DNA of 43,221 bases from Thermodesulfobacterium geofontis (GTDB lineage: Bacteria; Desulfobacterota; Thermodesulfobacteria; Thermodesulfobacteriales; Thermodesulfobacteriaceae). Each line of letters starts with the position of its first letter. The first letter of the stretch is position 1. The stretch lies in assembly GCA_002877985.1 (NCBI GenBank), contig PNIK01000015.1:1-43221 (forward strand), written 5' to 3'. Shown here piece after piece: positions 27,862 through 38,578 of the stretch. The notes beneath the pieces are model-generated. The model saw only the letters and a list, made by a program, of their open reading frames with translations. It ran no database searches and was not told the DNA's origin. Both the position numbers and the translations under genes were made by a program.

Positions 27862-29799
27862 ATGGGATTTACTCTTGCCCATAAAATTTTGGAAAGTCAT
27901 TTAGTCTCCGGGAAGCTTGTTCCTGGAGAAGAGATTGCTATAAAGATAGACCAAACACTTACTCAAGATGCTACAGGAACTATGGTTTATCTTGAATTTG
28001 AGGCTATAGGGATAAATCGAGTAAAAACTGAGGTCTCCGTTTCTTATGTGGATCATAACATTTTACAGACGGATTTTAGGAATGCAGATGATCACAGATT
28101 TCTTCTGAGTATAGCCAAAAGGTATGGAATATGGTTTTCTAAACCAGGCAATGGGATATGCCATCAAGTTCATTTAGAAAGATTTGCTGTACCAGGAAAA
28201 ACTCTTCTTGGATCTGACAGCCATACACCTACTGCGGGCGGATGCGGAATGCTTGCCATAGGTGCTGGTGGACTTGATGTGGCTATGGCTATGGCAGGAA
28301 AACCCTTTTATTTAAAGATGCCAAAAATTGTGGGAATTTATTTATATGGAAAACTTCAACCCTGGGTTTCAGCAAGAGATGTGGCCCTTTATTTGCTTTC
28401 TAAATTTACAGTAAAAGGTGGACTGGGAAAGATTTTTGAATATTTCGGACCAGGAACAAAAACTTTAACTGTTCCTGAAAGAGCAACCATATGCAATCTT
28501 GGAACCGAAATGGGAGCAACAACAAGTATTTTTCCTTCTGATGAAATGACTCTTTCCTGGCTTAAAGCACAAGACCGAGAGAAAGATTTTGTGGAGTTAA
28601 GTGCAGATAAAGATGCAAAATATGATGAAATTATAGAAATTGATCTTTCAAAAATTGAACCTTTATGTGCATGTCCCTCCTCTCCTGATAATGTTAAAAA
28701 GGTGGCTGAAGAAGCAGGAAAGCCGGTTTCTCAGGTTATTATAGGATCTTGCGCTAACTCTTCTCTAAAGGATCTTTTAATAGTTTCCAAAGTTCTTGAA
28801 AGATATAAAGTTCATCCAGATGTTTCCTTTGAAATCAATCCAGGTTCTCTTCAGGTTTTAGAAAATTTAGTTACCCTTTCTGCATTCAAAAGTATTTTAG
28901 ATGGGGGGACCCGTATCAATCAGTGTGGATGTCTTGGATGTATAGGAATGGGACAGGCCCCTCCTACCAATTCTATTTCTCTTAGAACCTTCACTAGAAA
29001 TTTCCCCGGGAGATCAGGAACTATACCTGACTATATATATCTTGTGTCTCCTGAAACAGCGGTCGCATCTGCTGTAAAAGGAATGATAACAGATCCCAGA
29101 GAATTGGGTGAATATCCTGAAATTATTCTTCCTGAAAAATTTATCATAAATGATTCCATGCTCATTCCTCCTTTGCCAGAAAATGAGGCTCAAAAGGTAG
29201 AAATTATAAGGGGACCAAATATAGTTCCCTTACCACCTTTAGATCCATTGCCAGAAGATCTTGAAGGAATTTTTCTTCTAAAAGTAGGGGACAACATTAC
29301 CACTGATCACATCATGCCTGCAGGAGCAAAGATCTTACCCTTAAGAAGTAATCTCCCTGCTATAAGTGAATATGTGTATAAAAATGTGGATTTAGAATTT
29401 CCTAAGAAGGCTTTAGAAATAAAAAAGACCGGTCTGGTAGTAGGTATTGTGGGGGGAGAAAACTACGGACAAGGTTCTTCAAGAGAACACGCAGCGCTTG
29501 CACCCAGATACTTAGGAGTAAGGATAAAACTTGCCAAAAGCTTTGCAAGAATTCACAGAAGTAACCTAATAAATTTCGGAATCTTGCCTCTTATATTTGA
29601 AAATAAGGAAGATTATAAAAAAATTAGTCCTGGTGATACCTTTTTAATAAAAAACTTAAAAAAAGCCCTTTCTAAGGGAGAAAAGAAAATAAAAATAAAT
29701 ATAAAAGGAAAGGGAGAAATCTTTGCAGTTTTAGATTTAAGTGAAAGGGAAAGAAAATGCATTCTTGCAGGATCTCTTTTAAATTTAGCAAAAGAGTAG
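27862..29799 (+). CDS. Aconitate hydratase (short, Aquifex/archaeal-type)
   Basis: QDATG, GICHQVH, DSHT, Fe-S Cys motifs GSCANS and CLGCIG, TTDHI, GSSREHA; 645 aa single chain. Confidence 0.9.
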   Translation: MGFTLAHKILESHLVSGKLVPGEEIAIKIDQTLTQDATGTMVYLEFEAIGINRVKTEVSVSYVDHNILQTDFRNADDHRFLLSIAKRYGIWFSKPGNGICHQVHLERFAVPGKTLLGSDSHTPTAGGCGMLAIGAGGLDVAMAMAGKPFYLKMPKIVGIYLYGKLQPWVSARDVALYLLSKFTVKGGLGKIFEYFGPGTKTLTVPERATICNLGTEMGATTSIFPSDEMTLSWLKAQDREKDFVELSADKDAKYDEIIEIDLSKIEPLCACPSSPDNVKKVAEEAGKPVSQVIIGSCANSSLKDLLIVSKVLERYKVHPDVSFEINPGSLQVLENLVTLSAFKSILDGGTRINQCGCLGCIGMGQAPPTNSISLRTFTRNFPGRSGTIPDYIYLVSPETAVASAVKGMITDPRELGEYPEIILPEKFIINDSMLIPPLPENEAQKVEIIRGPNIVPLPPLDPLPEDLEGIFLLKVGDNITTDHIMPAGAKILPLRSNLPAISEYVYKNVDLEFPKKALEIKKTGLVVGIVGGENYGQGSSREHAALAPRYLGVRIKLAKSFARIHRSNLINFGILPLIFENKEDYKKISPGDTFLIKNLKKALSKGEKKIKINIKGKGEIFAVLDLSERERKCILAGSLLNLAKE

Positions 29800-29812
29800 A
29801 AGGGTTAAAAAA

Positions 29813-30679
29813 TTGAAAATACTTTCAATTTTGATCATCTTATTTCTGATTTTTATATCAATTCCTTTAAAAAGTTTTGCTAATGATCCCTCTCTTATCC
29901 CTTATAAAGAAAATTTGAAAGCCCGTATAAAAGCAGATTTAAAAAACTTAGTACCAGAAGAATACATAGAAAATATTTTTTCCTCCTCACAACTTATCTA
30001 TTTACCAAATATTATGATAAAAAGCTTAACTTGGAAAGAAGTGGAATTACCCTATTACCAGTTTTTAGAAGAAGAAAGGATTGAAAGAGCAAGAAATTTT
30101 ATAAAGGAAAATGAAAAACTTTTAGAAGATATCGAGTTTGTATTTGGTGTAGAAAAAGAAATAATAACTGCTATTTTTCTAATAGAAACAGACCTTGGCA
30201 AAAAAACAGGAGAATTTCCTGTAATAAATGTATTTTACAGTTTAGCCTTATCTGGAGAAAAAGAAGTTTTTGAAAAATTTATTAATAACTTAAGTATTTC
30301 TTTAAAAGATGATTCTATTAAAAGACGCTGGGAAAGAAAAAGCAACTGGGGATATAAAGAACTTCTTTATTTCATTCAGATAGCCTATCAGAATAACTGG
30401 GATCCCTTCTCCATAAAAGGGTCTATTTTTGGAGCTTTTGGTTATCCACAGTTTGTTCCAAAAAGTTATCTTATTTATGGTTATGATTGGGATAAAGACG
30501 GAAAAGTTGATCTTTACAATCTCTCAGATGCTCTTGCAAGTATTGCGAATTATTTAAAAACTGAAGGATATAAAAAGGATGCAGATAGAAATTACAAGAA
30601 AAAAATAATTATGAAATATAATATGAGTGAGCCATACGCAGAGACAGTTCTTGCTATAGCTGAAAAGCTCAAAAATTAA
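29813..30679 (+). CDS. mltB: Lytic murein transglycosylase (MltB/SLT_2 family)
   Basis: Signal peptide, IETDLG catalytic Glu, GSIFGAFGYPQFVP, EF-hand-like DWDKDGKVDL, SIANYL. Confidence 0.88.
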   Translation: MKILSILIILFLIFISIPLKSFANDPSLIPYKENLKARIKADLKNLVPEEYIENIFSSSQLIYLPNIMIKSLTWKEVELPYYQFLEEERIERARNFIKENEKLLEDIEFVFGVEKEIITAIFLIETDLGKKTGEFPVINVFYSLALSGEKEVFEKFINNLSISLKDDSIKRRWERKSNWGYKELLYFIQIAYQNNWDPFSIKGSIFGAFGYPQFVPKSYLIYGYDWDKDGKVDLYNLSDALASIANYLKTEGYKKDADRNYKKKIIMKYNMSEPYAETVLAIAEKLKN

Positions 30680-30877
30680 AATTATAATGCCTTTAATACT
30701 ACCTCTAATCCTTTCTTCCATAAATATTTTTTTATCTTACTGGCACCTTTGTAAGAGGTATTCTACTAAACCTTTACACCTTAACCGGCAGGGAGGAAAA
30801 AAGGGGAGTGATAGGGCTTAAAGAAACTTTTTTAGTAACTAAACCCAAGCTTTAAAGATTAAATTCTACTCCCGTGA

Positions 30878-30906
30878 TTGGATTTTTTTAAAATAAATGT
30901 TAAAAT
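30878..30906 (+). promoter_or_regulatory. Sigma70 promoter for pyrG
   Basis: TTGGAT-N17-TAAAAT with extended -10 TG. Confidence 0.5.
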
Positions 30907-30922
30907 AGGTTGTAATTCTACA

Positions 30923-32605
30923 ATGAGATCTCCAAGAAATATCAGAAAATTACACACTAAATTTATTTTTATCACCGGCGGGGTTCTCTCTTCCTTAGGA
31001 AAAGGACTTGCTGCAGCATCCATAGGCGCTCTACTTGAGGCAAGAGGATTAAGAGTAACTTTACAAAAACTTGATCCCTATATAAATGTAGATCCAGGAA
31101 CTATGAATCCCTTTCAGCATGGAGAGGTATATGTTACTGAAGACGGAACCGAAACGGATCTTGATCTGGGACACTATGAACGCTTTACTTCGGCACAAAT
31201 GGGTAGTAAGAATAACTATACTTCTGGAAAGATTTATTATTCAGTTATTACAAAGGAAAGAAAGGGGGTATATTTAGGAGGTACTGTTCAAATAATTCCC
31301 CATGTAACAGATGAAATAAAAGCCTGTATACTCGATCTTGCAAGCCCTCAAATTGATGTAGCTATTGTAGAAATAGGAGGTACTGTAGGAGATATTGAGA
31401 GTCTTCCTTTTTTAGAAGCTATAAGACAACTTGGATACGAATTGGGAAAAGAAAATGCTTTATACATTCATCTTACCTATGTTCCTTATATCAAAACTGC
31501 AGGAGAGCTTAAAACTAAACCTACTCAACATAGTGTAAAAGAGCTAAGAGCTATTGGAATACAACCTGATATAATCCTTTGTAGAACCGATAGATTTTTA
31601 CCTCCTGAAATAAAGAAAAAAATTGCTCTCTTTTGTAATGTGGAAGAAGATGCAGTAATTACTGCAAAGGATGTAGATTGCATTTATGAAATTCCTCTTA
31701 TTTTCCACAAAGAAGGACTTGATGACAAAATCATAGAATACTTAAATATGTGGACAAGGGAACCGGATTTATATGTGTGGGAGGAAATAGTAAGAATTTA
31801 TAAAAATCCAGAAGATGAAGTCACAATTGGTATTGTTGGAAAATATGTAAGCTTAAAAGATTCTTACAAGTCTTTAAATGAAGCTCTTGTTCATGGAGGT
31901 CTTGCTAATAAATTAAAGGTCAATCTAAAATTTATAAATGCAGATGAATTAACTACAGAAAATATAGAAAATTACTTAGGTGATGTAGATGGTATTCTTG
32001 TTCCTGGTGGTTTTGGAATAAGAGGTATTGAAGGTAAAATTATTGCTATAAATTATGCAAGAACAAAAAAAATTCCCTTTTTTGGTATATGTTTGGGTAT
32101 GCAACTTGCTGTAATTGAATTTGCAAGGAATGTTCTTGGATGGAAGGAAGCTAACTCTACCGAATTTGATAAAACAACTCCTTATCCAGTGATTTTTTTG
32201 ATGAGGGAATGGTATGACTATAGAACTGGTCGTATAGAAAGAAGGGATGAAGGATGTGATCTTGGTGGAACTATGCGTTTAGGTGCCTATCCGTGCGTTC
32301 TTAAACCAGGTTCAAAAGCGTGGGAAGCTTATCAAAAAGATGAAGTATTTGAAAGACATCGCCATCGTTATGAATTTAATAATGCTTACAAAGAGGATTT
32401 CGAAAAGGCAGGATTAAAAGTTGTAGGTAGTTCTCCAAATGGAGAATTGGTAGAAATAGTGGAATTGGAAGATCATCCCTGGTTCATAGGGGTACAGTTT
32501 CATCCTGAATTTAAGTCTAAACCTACAAATCCTCATCCTTTATTTAAATCCTTTATTAAAGCCTCCTATCAAAATAAGCTTTCTCGTGGAGTAAAAAAAA
32601 TTTGA
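30923..32605 (+). CDS. pyrG: CTP synthase
   Basis: [47 protein letters not shown]. Start placed at ATG 30923 because the TTG at 30878 coincides with the -35 box. Confidence 0.98.
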   Translation: MRSPRNIRKLHTKFIFITGGVLSSLGKGLAAASIGALLEARGLRVTLQKLDPYINVDPGTMNPFQHGEVYVTEDGTETDLDLGHYERFTSAQMGSKNNYTSGKIYYSVITKERKGVYLGGTVQIIPHVTDEIKACILDLASPQIDVAIVEIGGTVGDIESLPFLEAIRQLGYELGKENALYIHLTYVPYIKTAGELKTKPTQHSVKELRAIGIQPDIILCRTDRFLPPEIKKKIALFCNVEEDAVITAKDVDCIYEIPLIFHKEGLDDKIIEYLNMWTREPDLYVWEEIVRIYKNPEDEVTIGIVGKYVSLKDSYKSLNEALVHGGLANKLKVNLKFINADELTTENIENYLGDVDGILVPGGFGIRGIEGKIIAINYARTKKIPFFGICLGMQLAVIEFARNVLGWKEANSTEFDKTTPYPVIFLMREWYDYRTGRIERRDEGCDLGGTMRLGAYPCVLKPGSKAWEAYQKDEVFERHRHRYEFNNAYKEDFEKAGLKVVGSSPNGELVEIVELEDHPWFIGVQFHPEFKSKPTNPHPLFKSFIKASYQNKLSRGVKKI

Positions 32606-33447
32606 TAGATCTTCATACTCATTCAACAGCATCAGATGGAACTTTTTTTCCTGAAGAATTGGTCTATCTTGCTAAAAAAGAAAAATTGCAGGCTCTTGCC
32701 CTTACTGATCACGACACCATAGATGGATTGAAAAGTGCTTACCAAACTGCTAAGGAAGTTAATCTTCCTTTCTTATGCGGGGTGGAAATAAGTGTTAAAT
32801 TTGAAGGACCAGGACATTTTCATCTTTTAGGATATTTTTTGAAACCTGAGATACCAGAAATTAATGAAACTCTTCAAAGACTCAAAATAGCTCGGGAAGA
32901 AAGAAATAAAAAAATGATTGAAAAGCTAAATGTGCTTGGAATAAAAATAACCCTTGATGAGTTAAAAGAAATTGCTCAAGGTGAAATAGGAAGACCCCAT
33001 ATGGCTATTCTTTTAGTAAAAAAGGGGGTGGTAAATTCTTTTGAGGAAGCCTTTGAAAAATATTTAAAAAAAGGAGCCCTTGCTTATGTTCCTAAAGCTC
33101 TTCTTTCACCTGAAGAAGCTATTAAACTTATTCTTCAAGCCAAAGGAGCTCCTGTTCTTGCTCATCCTATAACTCTAAAATTGGATTATTTAAAACTAAA
33201 AAATTATTTAAAAAGCCTTAAAGATGCTGGTCTTATTGGGATAGAAGCTTTTTATCCTGAACATAGTCCCGAGCTTACCAAATTTTTAATAGATTGCGCA
33301 AAGGAACTTAATTTTTTAATAACTGGGGGAAGTGATTTTCATGGAAAAAATAAACCAGATATCAAATTGGGAAAAGGTTTAAACAATTTAAATGTACCCT
33401 TTAAATGCTATGAAAATCTTAAAAATTATCTTGAAAAAGTAAATTAA
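32602..33447 (+). CDS. PHP-domain metallophosphoesterase (TrpH/YciV-like)
   Basis: [32 protein letters not shown]. Confidence 0.92.
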   Translation: MIDLHTHSTASDGTFFPEELVYLAKKEKLQALALTDHDTIDGLKSAYQTAKEVNLPFLCGVEISVKFEGPGHFHLLGYFLKPEIPEINETLQRLKIAREERNKKMIEKLNVLGIKITLDELKEIAQGEIGRPHMAILLVKKGVVNSFEEAFEKYLKKGALAYVPKALLSPEEAIKLILQAKGAPVLAHPITLKLDYLKLKNYLKSLKDAGLIGIEAFYPEHSPELTKFLIDCAKELNFLITGGSDFHGKNKPDIKLGKGLNNLNVPFKCYENLKNYLEKVN

Positions 33448-33451
33448 AACT

Positions 33452-34366
33452 ATGCAGAAAGAAAAGCTTATTGAAAAAATTTTGAAGTTAAAGAAAAAAA
33501 GAAAGGCTATTATCCTTGCCCATAATTATCAGCCCCCTGAAATTCAGGATATAGCAGACCTAAGAGGAGATTCTTTAGAATTAAGTCTTAAAGCAAGCAA
33601 AACCGATGCAGAGGTAATAGTTTTTTGTGGTGTGTTTTTTATGGCTGAAACTGCAAAAATTGTATCTCCTCAGAAAAAAGTGCTCCTTCCGGTAAAGGAT
33701 GTTCCCTGTGAAATGGCTGAGATGATAACACCAGAAGATGTGTTGGATTTAAAAAACAAATATCCAAATGCTCCTGTTGTAACCTATGTAAATTCTTATG
33801 CTGAAATAAAAGCTTTGAGTGATATTTGTTGTACTTCAGCAAATGCAGTAAAAGTCGTAGGAACACTTAAAGAAAATACAGTAATTATGTTGCCAGATAT
33901 GAATTTAGCTCAATATGTGCAGAGATTTTATCCAGATAAAAAAATTATTTATCACGAAGGGTTTTGCCCCTTTCACCATCTTTTAACCCCTGAGGAAGTA
34001 ATAAAGGCAAAAAAAGAACACCCTAAGGCTGTTTTTATTGCCCATCCTGAATGTCGACCAGAGGTAATAGATCTTGCAGAATATGTAGCTTCAACAAGTG
34101 GAATGTTAAAACTTGCAAAGGAACTTCCTTATAAAGAATTTATCATAGGAACTGAAGTAGGGCTTCTTTATCCTTTAAAAAAAGAAAATCCTGATAAAAT
34201 ATTTTATCATCCTTCTCCAGAGAAAATGTTTTGTGTTTCTATGAAAAAAATTTCCTTAGAAGATTTGTTTAATGCTTTAGAAAATTTAGAATTTGAAATA
34301 GAGTTACCAGAAGAAATTATCAGAAAAGCTCAAAATGCTGTTAAAAGAATGTTAGAAATAGTGTAA
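33452..34366 (+). CDS. nadA: Quinolinate synthase
   Basis: ILAHNYQ, FCGVFFMAE, YVNS, CTSAN, HPEC, GTE and three Fe-S Cys. Confidence 0.97.
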   Translation: MQKEKLIEKILKLKKKRKAIILAHNYQPPEIQDIADLRGDSLELSLKASKTDAEVIVFCGVFFMAETAKIVSPQKKVLLPVKDVPCEMAEMITPEDVLDLKNKYPNAPVVTYVNSYAEIKALSDICCTSANAVKVVGTLKENTVIMLPDMNLAQYVQRFYPDKKIIYHEGFCPFHHLLTPEEVIKAKKEHPKAVFIAHPECRPEVIDLAEYVASTSGMLKLAKELPYKEFIIGTEVGLLYPLKKENPDKIFYHPSPEKMFCVSMKKISLEDLFNALENLEFEIELPEEIIRKAQNAVKRMLEIV

Positions 34367-34385
34367 GAGGGGGGACCCCCCCTCT
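34366..34385. terminator. Hairpin between convergent nadA and wHTH genes
   Basis: AGAGGGGG-GACC-CCCCCTCT stem-loop followed by cttaaactttttt. Confidence 0.7.
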
Positions 34386-34396
34386 CTTAAACTTTT

Positions 34397-34624
34397 TTAT
34401 AAAAGCCTCCTTCCCTTTTCAGTAATTCCATAAAATCCCTCAATTTTTTCTATAAACCCCATCTTTTCCAATTCCCTTAAACTACTTCTTACCTGAAAAA
34501 GAGGTCTTTTAAGTATTTCAGCAATTTCCAGATCTGAAAGTTTTTTCTTTTCTAAAAGGAGCTTTAAAAGCTCAAGAGCTCTTTCTGCAGGTTTGCCATC
34601 TGGAGAAATACATCCCTGAGACAT
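34397..34624 (-). CDS. Small winged-helix DNA-binding protein with N-terminal Cys
   Basis: GCISPDG followed by HTH LSDLEIAEILKRPLFQVRSSLRELEKMGFI and wing YGITEKG; SD AAGGAG. Confidence 0.8.
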   Translation of the reverse strand: MSQGCISPDGKPAERALELLKLLLEKKKLSDLEIAEILKRPLFQVRSSLRELEKMGFIEKIEGFYGITEKGRRLL

Positions 34625-34634
34625 AATTAACTCC

Positions 34635-35318
34635 TTATTTCAAAGATTTTTTACAGAAATACCAATCGATACACTCATATCCTTCTTTTAATCTTTTTAC
34701 AGCATCTTCATAGGTAGTTGGTGGAGGAACGATTACCTTTGTATTTTCCTCTGTATATTCCCAAACCTGAGGTTCAGAAACCCAGTTAGCTGGAGTTGCA
34801 ACCCCATATTTATCAGCAGTCTGTAATGCATCAATTAATCTTACAATTTCTTTCATATTTCTTCCGCAAGATAGAGGGTAATAAATGATAGCTCTAATCT
34901 TACCATTAGGGTCAATTATAAAAACTGCTCTTACTGTAGCTGTACTACTCTCCCCTGGATGAAGCATTCCATAAAGCCTTGCTACTTTACCATCAACATC
35001 AGCCACAATAGGAAAGGATATTTCTACCCCTGTTTTTTCCTTCAAATTCATTATCCAGGCAATATGCGAAAAATTACTATCAATACTTAATCCTAAAAGC
35101 TGAACATTTCTTTTATCAAACTCCTCTTTCATTTTAGCAAAAGCTAGAAACTCGGTACTACAAACTGGAGTAAAATCAGCTGGATGTGAGAAAAAAACTA
35201 CCCATTGTCCTTTAAAGTCTTCTGGAAAAGAAATAGGTCCCATTGTAGTCATTGCCTCAAATTTTGGTGCTTCATCTCCTATTCTTGGCATAGGTTGTAT
35301 CTCTTTTACCTCTTCCAT
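34635..35318 (-). CDS. Peroxiredoxin, Prx6 class (archaeal/thermophile type)
   Basis: [14 protein letters not shown] peroxidatic motif, GRN, TPANW, C-terminal CIDWYFC. Confidence 0.95.
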   Translation of the reverse strand: MEEVKEIQPMPRIGDEAPKFEAMTTMGPISFPEDFKGQWVVFFSHPADFTPVCSTEFLAFAKMKEEFDKRNVQLLGLSIDSNFSHIAWIMNLKEKTGVEISFPIVADVDGKVARLYGMLHPGESSTATVRAVFIIDPNGKIRAIIYYPLSCGRNMKEIVRLIDALQTADKYGVATPANWVSEPQVWEYTEENTKVIVPPPTTYEDAVKRLKEGYECIDWYFCKKSLK

Positions 35319-35365
35319 CTTCCCACCTCCTAATGAATTTTTAATTTTATTTTAATTTTAAATTT

Positions 35366-35410
35366 TTATTTGTCAAGATCAATTTTAAACTAATTTCTCT
35401 TGACAAATAA
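35366..35410. promoter_or_regulatory. 13-bp perfect inverted repeat carrying the back-to-back -35 boxes of the divergent prx and zapB promoters
   Basis: TTATTTGTCAAGA-N19-TCTTGACAAATAA. Plus strand TTGACA-N17-TTTAAT; minus strand TTGACA-N16-TAAAAT. Confidence 0.6.
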
Positions 35411-35463
35411 GTTAAAATGGATTTTAATTTTAATTAAAGATTTAACACCTATTGGAGGGATAG

Positions 35464-35682
35464 ATGGATTTTCAAGATATTGCCAATTTAGAAGAAAAAA
35501 TTGATGCTCTCATTTCCTTAGTGATTCAATTAAAAAATGAAAAGGAGGTTTTACTTAATAAATTAAAGGAAAAAGAACAAGAAAATATTAAACTTTTAGA
35601 AGAAATAAATAAGAGGGAGGAGGAAAGGAGGATAATAAAAGAAAGGATTGGCAGTTTAATAGAAAAGCTCTCCCAAATATAG
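35464..35682 (+). CDS. zapB: Cell division protein ZapB-like coiled coil
   Basis: LEEKIDALISLVIQLKNEK...KERIGSLIEKL; directly upstream of zapA. Confidence 0.8.
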   Translation: MDFQDIANLEEKIDALISLVIQLKNEKEVLLNKLKEKEQENIKLLEEINKREEERRIIKERIGSLIEKLSQI

Positions 35683-35691
35683 CAGGATAAA

Positions 35692-36015
35692 ATGCAAAAA
35701 TTAAAAGAAATTAGCTTTGAATTTTTAGGGCAAACTTTCTTCTTCCGGTCTTATGTTCCGGAAGAGGAAGTTAAAGAGGTTTTAGAATATTTGGAGGGTA
35801 AAAAAAGGGAGGTAGAAAACTTTAAAAAGGTTCCTACCTTTAAATTAGTTGTTTGGCTTCTTTTACAAGTAGCACATGATTATATAAAAATTAAAAAAGA
35901 AAAAGAGGCTTTAGAAAGGTGTGTTAAAAATCAACTTAATAAAGTGGGGGAGTTTTTAAAAAAAGAAACTTTATCCTGGGGTGTTCGTGAGGATGACATT
36001 AACCTGCCAAGCTAA
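35692..36015 (+). CDS. zapA: Cell division protein ZapA-like
   Basis: ISFEFLGQTFFF...EVLEYLEGK...LVVWLLLQVAHDY; synteny zapB-zapA-6S-rny. Confidence 0.78.
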   Translation: MQKLKEISFEFLGQTFFFRSYVPEEEVKEVLEYLEGKKREVENFKKVPTFKLVVWLLLQVAHDYIKIKKEKEALERCVKNQLNKVGEFLKKETLSWGVREDDINLPS

Positions 36016-36149
36016 CACTATTAAATTGAAGGGGCAAGGTGGTTCTGGGGCTCTTTTGCCTTTTAAAAGGCGTTTAGGGCTTACCAGACCCCACCCTAAA
36101 AGTATTTTCAATAGAGCTTGGAGCAGGAAATCCTCACGGCATTCCGGGG
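35974..36149 (+). ncRNA. ssrS: 6S RNA
   Basis: Folded by hand as a rod of about 176 nt. 5' UCCUGGGGUGUUCGUGAGGAU pairs with 3' AUCCUCACGGCAUUCCGGGG; then CCUGC/GCAGG, CAAGCU/AGCUUG, CUAUU/AAUAG, a central bubble, GGUGG/CCACC, UCUGG/CCAGA and an apical GCCUUUUAAAAGGC. Classic position after zapA. Confidence 0.9.
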
Positions 36150-36232
36150 TTTTTTGTTTTTTATAAACCTCAATTATTATCCCTTTCCTTCTCCCTTTAA
36201 AAATTTTTATTTTAGCTAAGGGGGGATTTAAT

Positions 36233-37795
36233 ATGAATATCCTTTTGGGAATAATAATAGGATTTTTGATTGGAGTGTCTTTAGTTATAGTTTATTTGTA
36301 TATTCAAAAGAAAGAAAAACTAAAAGCAAAAAAAACAGCAGAAAACCTTCTTAAAGAGGCTCAACAAAAGGCTAAGGAAATTATAGAAAGAGCTGAGAAT
36401 GAAGCTAAATTGAAAATTCAGCAAGCAGAAATTCAAATAAAAGAAGAACTCTTGGCGCATAAGCAAATTTTAGAAGAGGAATTTGAAAAAAGAAAAAAAG
36501 AGGTCTCCCTAAAAGAGGAAAGACTTCTTCATAAGGAAGAAAATCTTATAAAAAGAGAAGAAGCTTTAGAAAAGAAATTAAAAGAAATTGAAGAACTCAA
36601 AGTACTTCTTGAAACTGAAAAAAAAGAAATTGAAAATACATTAAAACAAGCTAAAGAGGAATTAAAGAGAATTTCAGGACTCTCAGAAAAAGAAGCTAAA
36701 GAACTTCTTCTTAAAAAATTAGAAGAAGAATTAAGAGAAGAAAAGGCAAAGTTTATAATGAAACTCGAAAACGAAGTAAAAGAAGAGGCTAAAAGGAAAT
36801 CTCAAGAAATTTTAGCTTATGCTATATCAAAAGCTGCTGTTCCCTTCGTTACAGAAAAAACCGTCTCAGTAGTTCAACTTCCCAATGAAGATATGAAAGG
36901 AAGAATAATTGGAAGAGAAGGAAGAAATATAAGAACCTTTGAAACTCTTACAGGAGTTGATCTTTTGATAGATGATACACCAGAAGTTGTGGTTCTTTCT
37001 TGTGCGGATCCTTTAAGAAGAGAAATTGCCCGTATTGCTCTTGAAAGACTTATTGCAGATGGAAGAATTCATCCTGCAAGAATTGAAGAAATTGTTAAAC
37101 AAGTTGAAGAAGAAATGGAACAACATTTAATTGAAGTTGGAGAAAAAACCTGTTTTGAACTTGGCATTTATGGACTTCATTCAGAACTTATTAAGATGAT
37201 AGGAAAATTAAAATATAGAACCAGTTATGGCCAGAATGTTTTACAACACTCCTTTGAGACTGCTATAATTGCCGGAACTCTTGCTGGAGAACTTGGAGTA
37301 GATGTAAAAAAAGCAAAAAAAGCAGCTCTTCTTCATGATATAGGAAAGGCAGCTTCTTATGAAATGGAAGGACCTCATGCACTAATAGGTGCTGAAATTG
37401 TAAGAAAATATGGAGAGGAAGAAGATATAGTAAATGCCATTGCTTCCCATCATGAAGATATTCCTATTACAAGTATACTAGGAATAATTTTACAAATTTC
37501 CGATGCTCTCTCTGGAGCAAGACCAGGAGCAAGAAGAGAACTCTTAGAGGCTTATATTAAAAGAATTAAAGAACTTGAAGCCATTGCTTCTTCTTTTGAA
37601 GGAGTAGAAAAAGCTTTTGCTATACAAGCTGGAAGAGAAATTAGAGTAATAGTTGATGATAAAAAAATAAGTGATGAAGAGGCTTATTTACTTGCCCGTG
37701 AAATTGCACAAAAAATAGAAAAAGAACTAACCTATCCTGGAATTATAAGAGTTACTGTTATAAGAGAAACGAGAGCTGTTGAATATGCAAAATAA
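36233..37795 (+). CDS. rny: Ribonuclease Y
   Basis: N-terminal transmembrane helix, coiled coil, KH motif [14 protein letters not shown] motif [14 protein letters not shown]. Confidence 0.98.
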   Translation: MNILLGIIIGFLIGVSLVIVYLYIQKKEKLKAKKTAENLLKEAQQKAKEIIERAENEAKLKIQQAEIQIKEELLAHKQILEEEFEKRKKEVSLKEERLLHKEENLIKREEALEKKLKEIEELKVLLETEKKEIENTLKQAKEELKRISGLSEKEAKELLLKKLEEELREEKAKFIMKLENEVKEEAKRKSQEILAYAISKAAVPFVTEKTVSVVQLPNEDMKGRIIGREGRNIRTFETLTGVDLLIDDTPEVVVLSCADPLRREIARIALERLIADGRIHPARIEEIVKQVEEEMEQHLIEVGEKTCFELGIYGLHSELIKMIGKLKYRTSYGQNVLQHSFETAIIAGTLAGELGVDVKKAKKAALLHDIGKAASYEMEGPHALIGAEIVRKYGEEEDIVNAIASHHEDIPITSILGIILQISDALSGARPGARRELLEAYIKRIKELEAIASSFEGVEKAFAIQAGREIRVIVDDKKISDEEAYLLAREIAQKIEKELTYPGIIRVTVIRETRAVEYAK

Positions 37796-38570
37796 AGTAA
37801 AAATAATCTTTTTAGGAGATATAGTTGGTAGTCCAGGAAGAAAAGCTGTTAAAATTTTTCTTCCTGAATTGACAAGAAAATATAAGCCTACTTTTATAAT
37901 AGCTAATGCAGAAAATGCTGCAGGTGGATACGGATTAACAGAAAAGGTTGCTGAAGAACTCTTTTCTTACGGAATAGATATTTTAACTTCAGGAAATCAT
38001 ATCTGGAAAAGAGAATTCTTCCCTTATTTACAAAAAACAGAAAAAGTTTTAAGACCAGCAAATTATGGAGAAGGAGCTCCTGGTAAAGGTTGGAATATTT
38101 ATTCTAAAAAGGATATAAAGCTTGGGGTAATAAATTTGGAAGGTAGAACCTTTATGAAACCTTTAGAAAATCCCTTTAAGTTAGGTAAAACTCTTGCTGA
38201 GGAAATAAAAAAAGAAACACCCTTTATAGTAGTTGACTTTCATGCTGAAGCTACCTCCGAAAAAATGGGATTAGCCTATTTTTTGGATGGCTTTGTTTCA
38301 GCAGTAATAGGAACTCATACCCATGTTCAAACTTCAGATGAAAGAATTATGCCTAAGGGATCAGGCTATATAACAGATGTGGGAATGTGTGGAGCTGTGG
38401 AAAGTATTATTGGAATGAAAATAAATCAAGCTTTGGAGATGTATCTTACCATGGTACCAAGAAAATTAGAGGTTGAAAAAAGCGAAAGAGTAAAATTAGA
38501 AGGAGTTTATTTGGAATTAGATGAAGAAGGTAAAACCATTCTTATAGAAAGATTAAGATTAATTGAATAA
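37785..38570 (+). CDS. ymdB: YmdB-family metallophosphoesterase
   Basis: [38 protein letters not shown] 37785 preferred over TTG 37779. Confidence 0.93.
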   Translation: MQNKVKIIFLGDIVGSPGRKAVKIFLPELTRKYKPTFIIANAENAAGGYGLTEKVAEELFSYGIDILTSGNHIWKREFFPYLQKTEKVLRPANYGEGAPGKGWNIYSKKDIKLGVINLEGRTFMKPLENPFKLGKTLAEEIKKETPFIVVDFHAEATSEKMGLAYFLDGFVSAVIGTHTHVQTSDERIMPKGSGYITDVGMCGAVESIIGMKINQALEMYLTMVPRKLEVEKSERVKLEGVYLELDEEGKTILIERLRLIE

Positions 38571-38578
38571 TTTTAAAT

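Noticed and set aside
30878-30922. N-terminal extension of PyrG from the TTG start
   Set aside because: The region holds the predicted -35/-10 promoter; ATG 30923 is more plausible.
35981-36166. 61-aa ORF after zapA
   Set aside because: It coincides with the 6S RNA rod structure; GTG start with no protein features.
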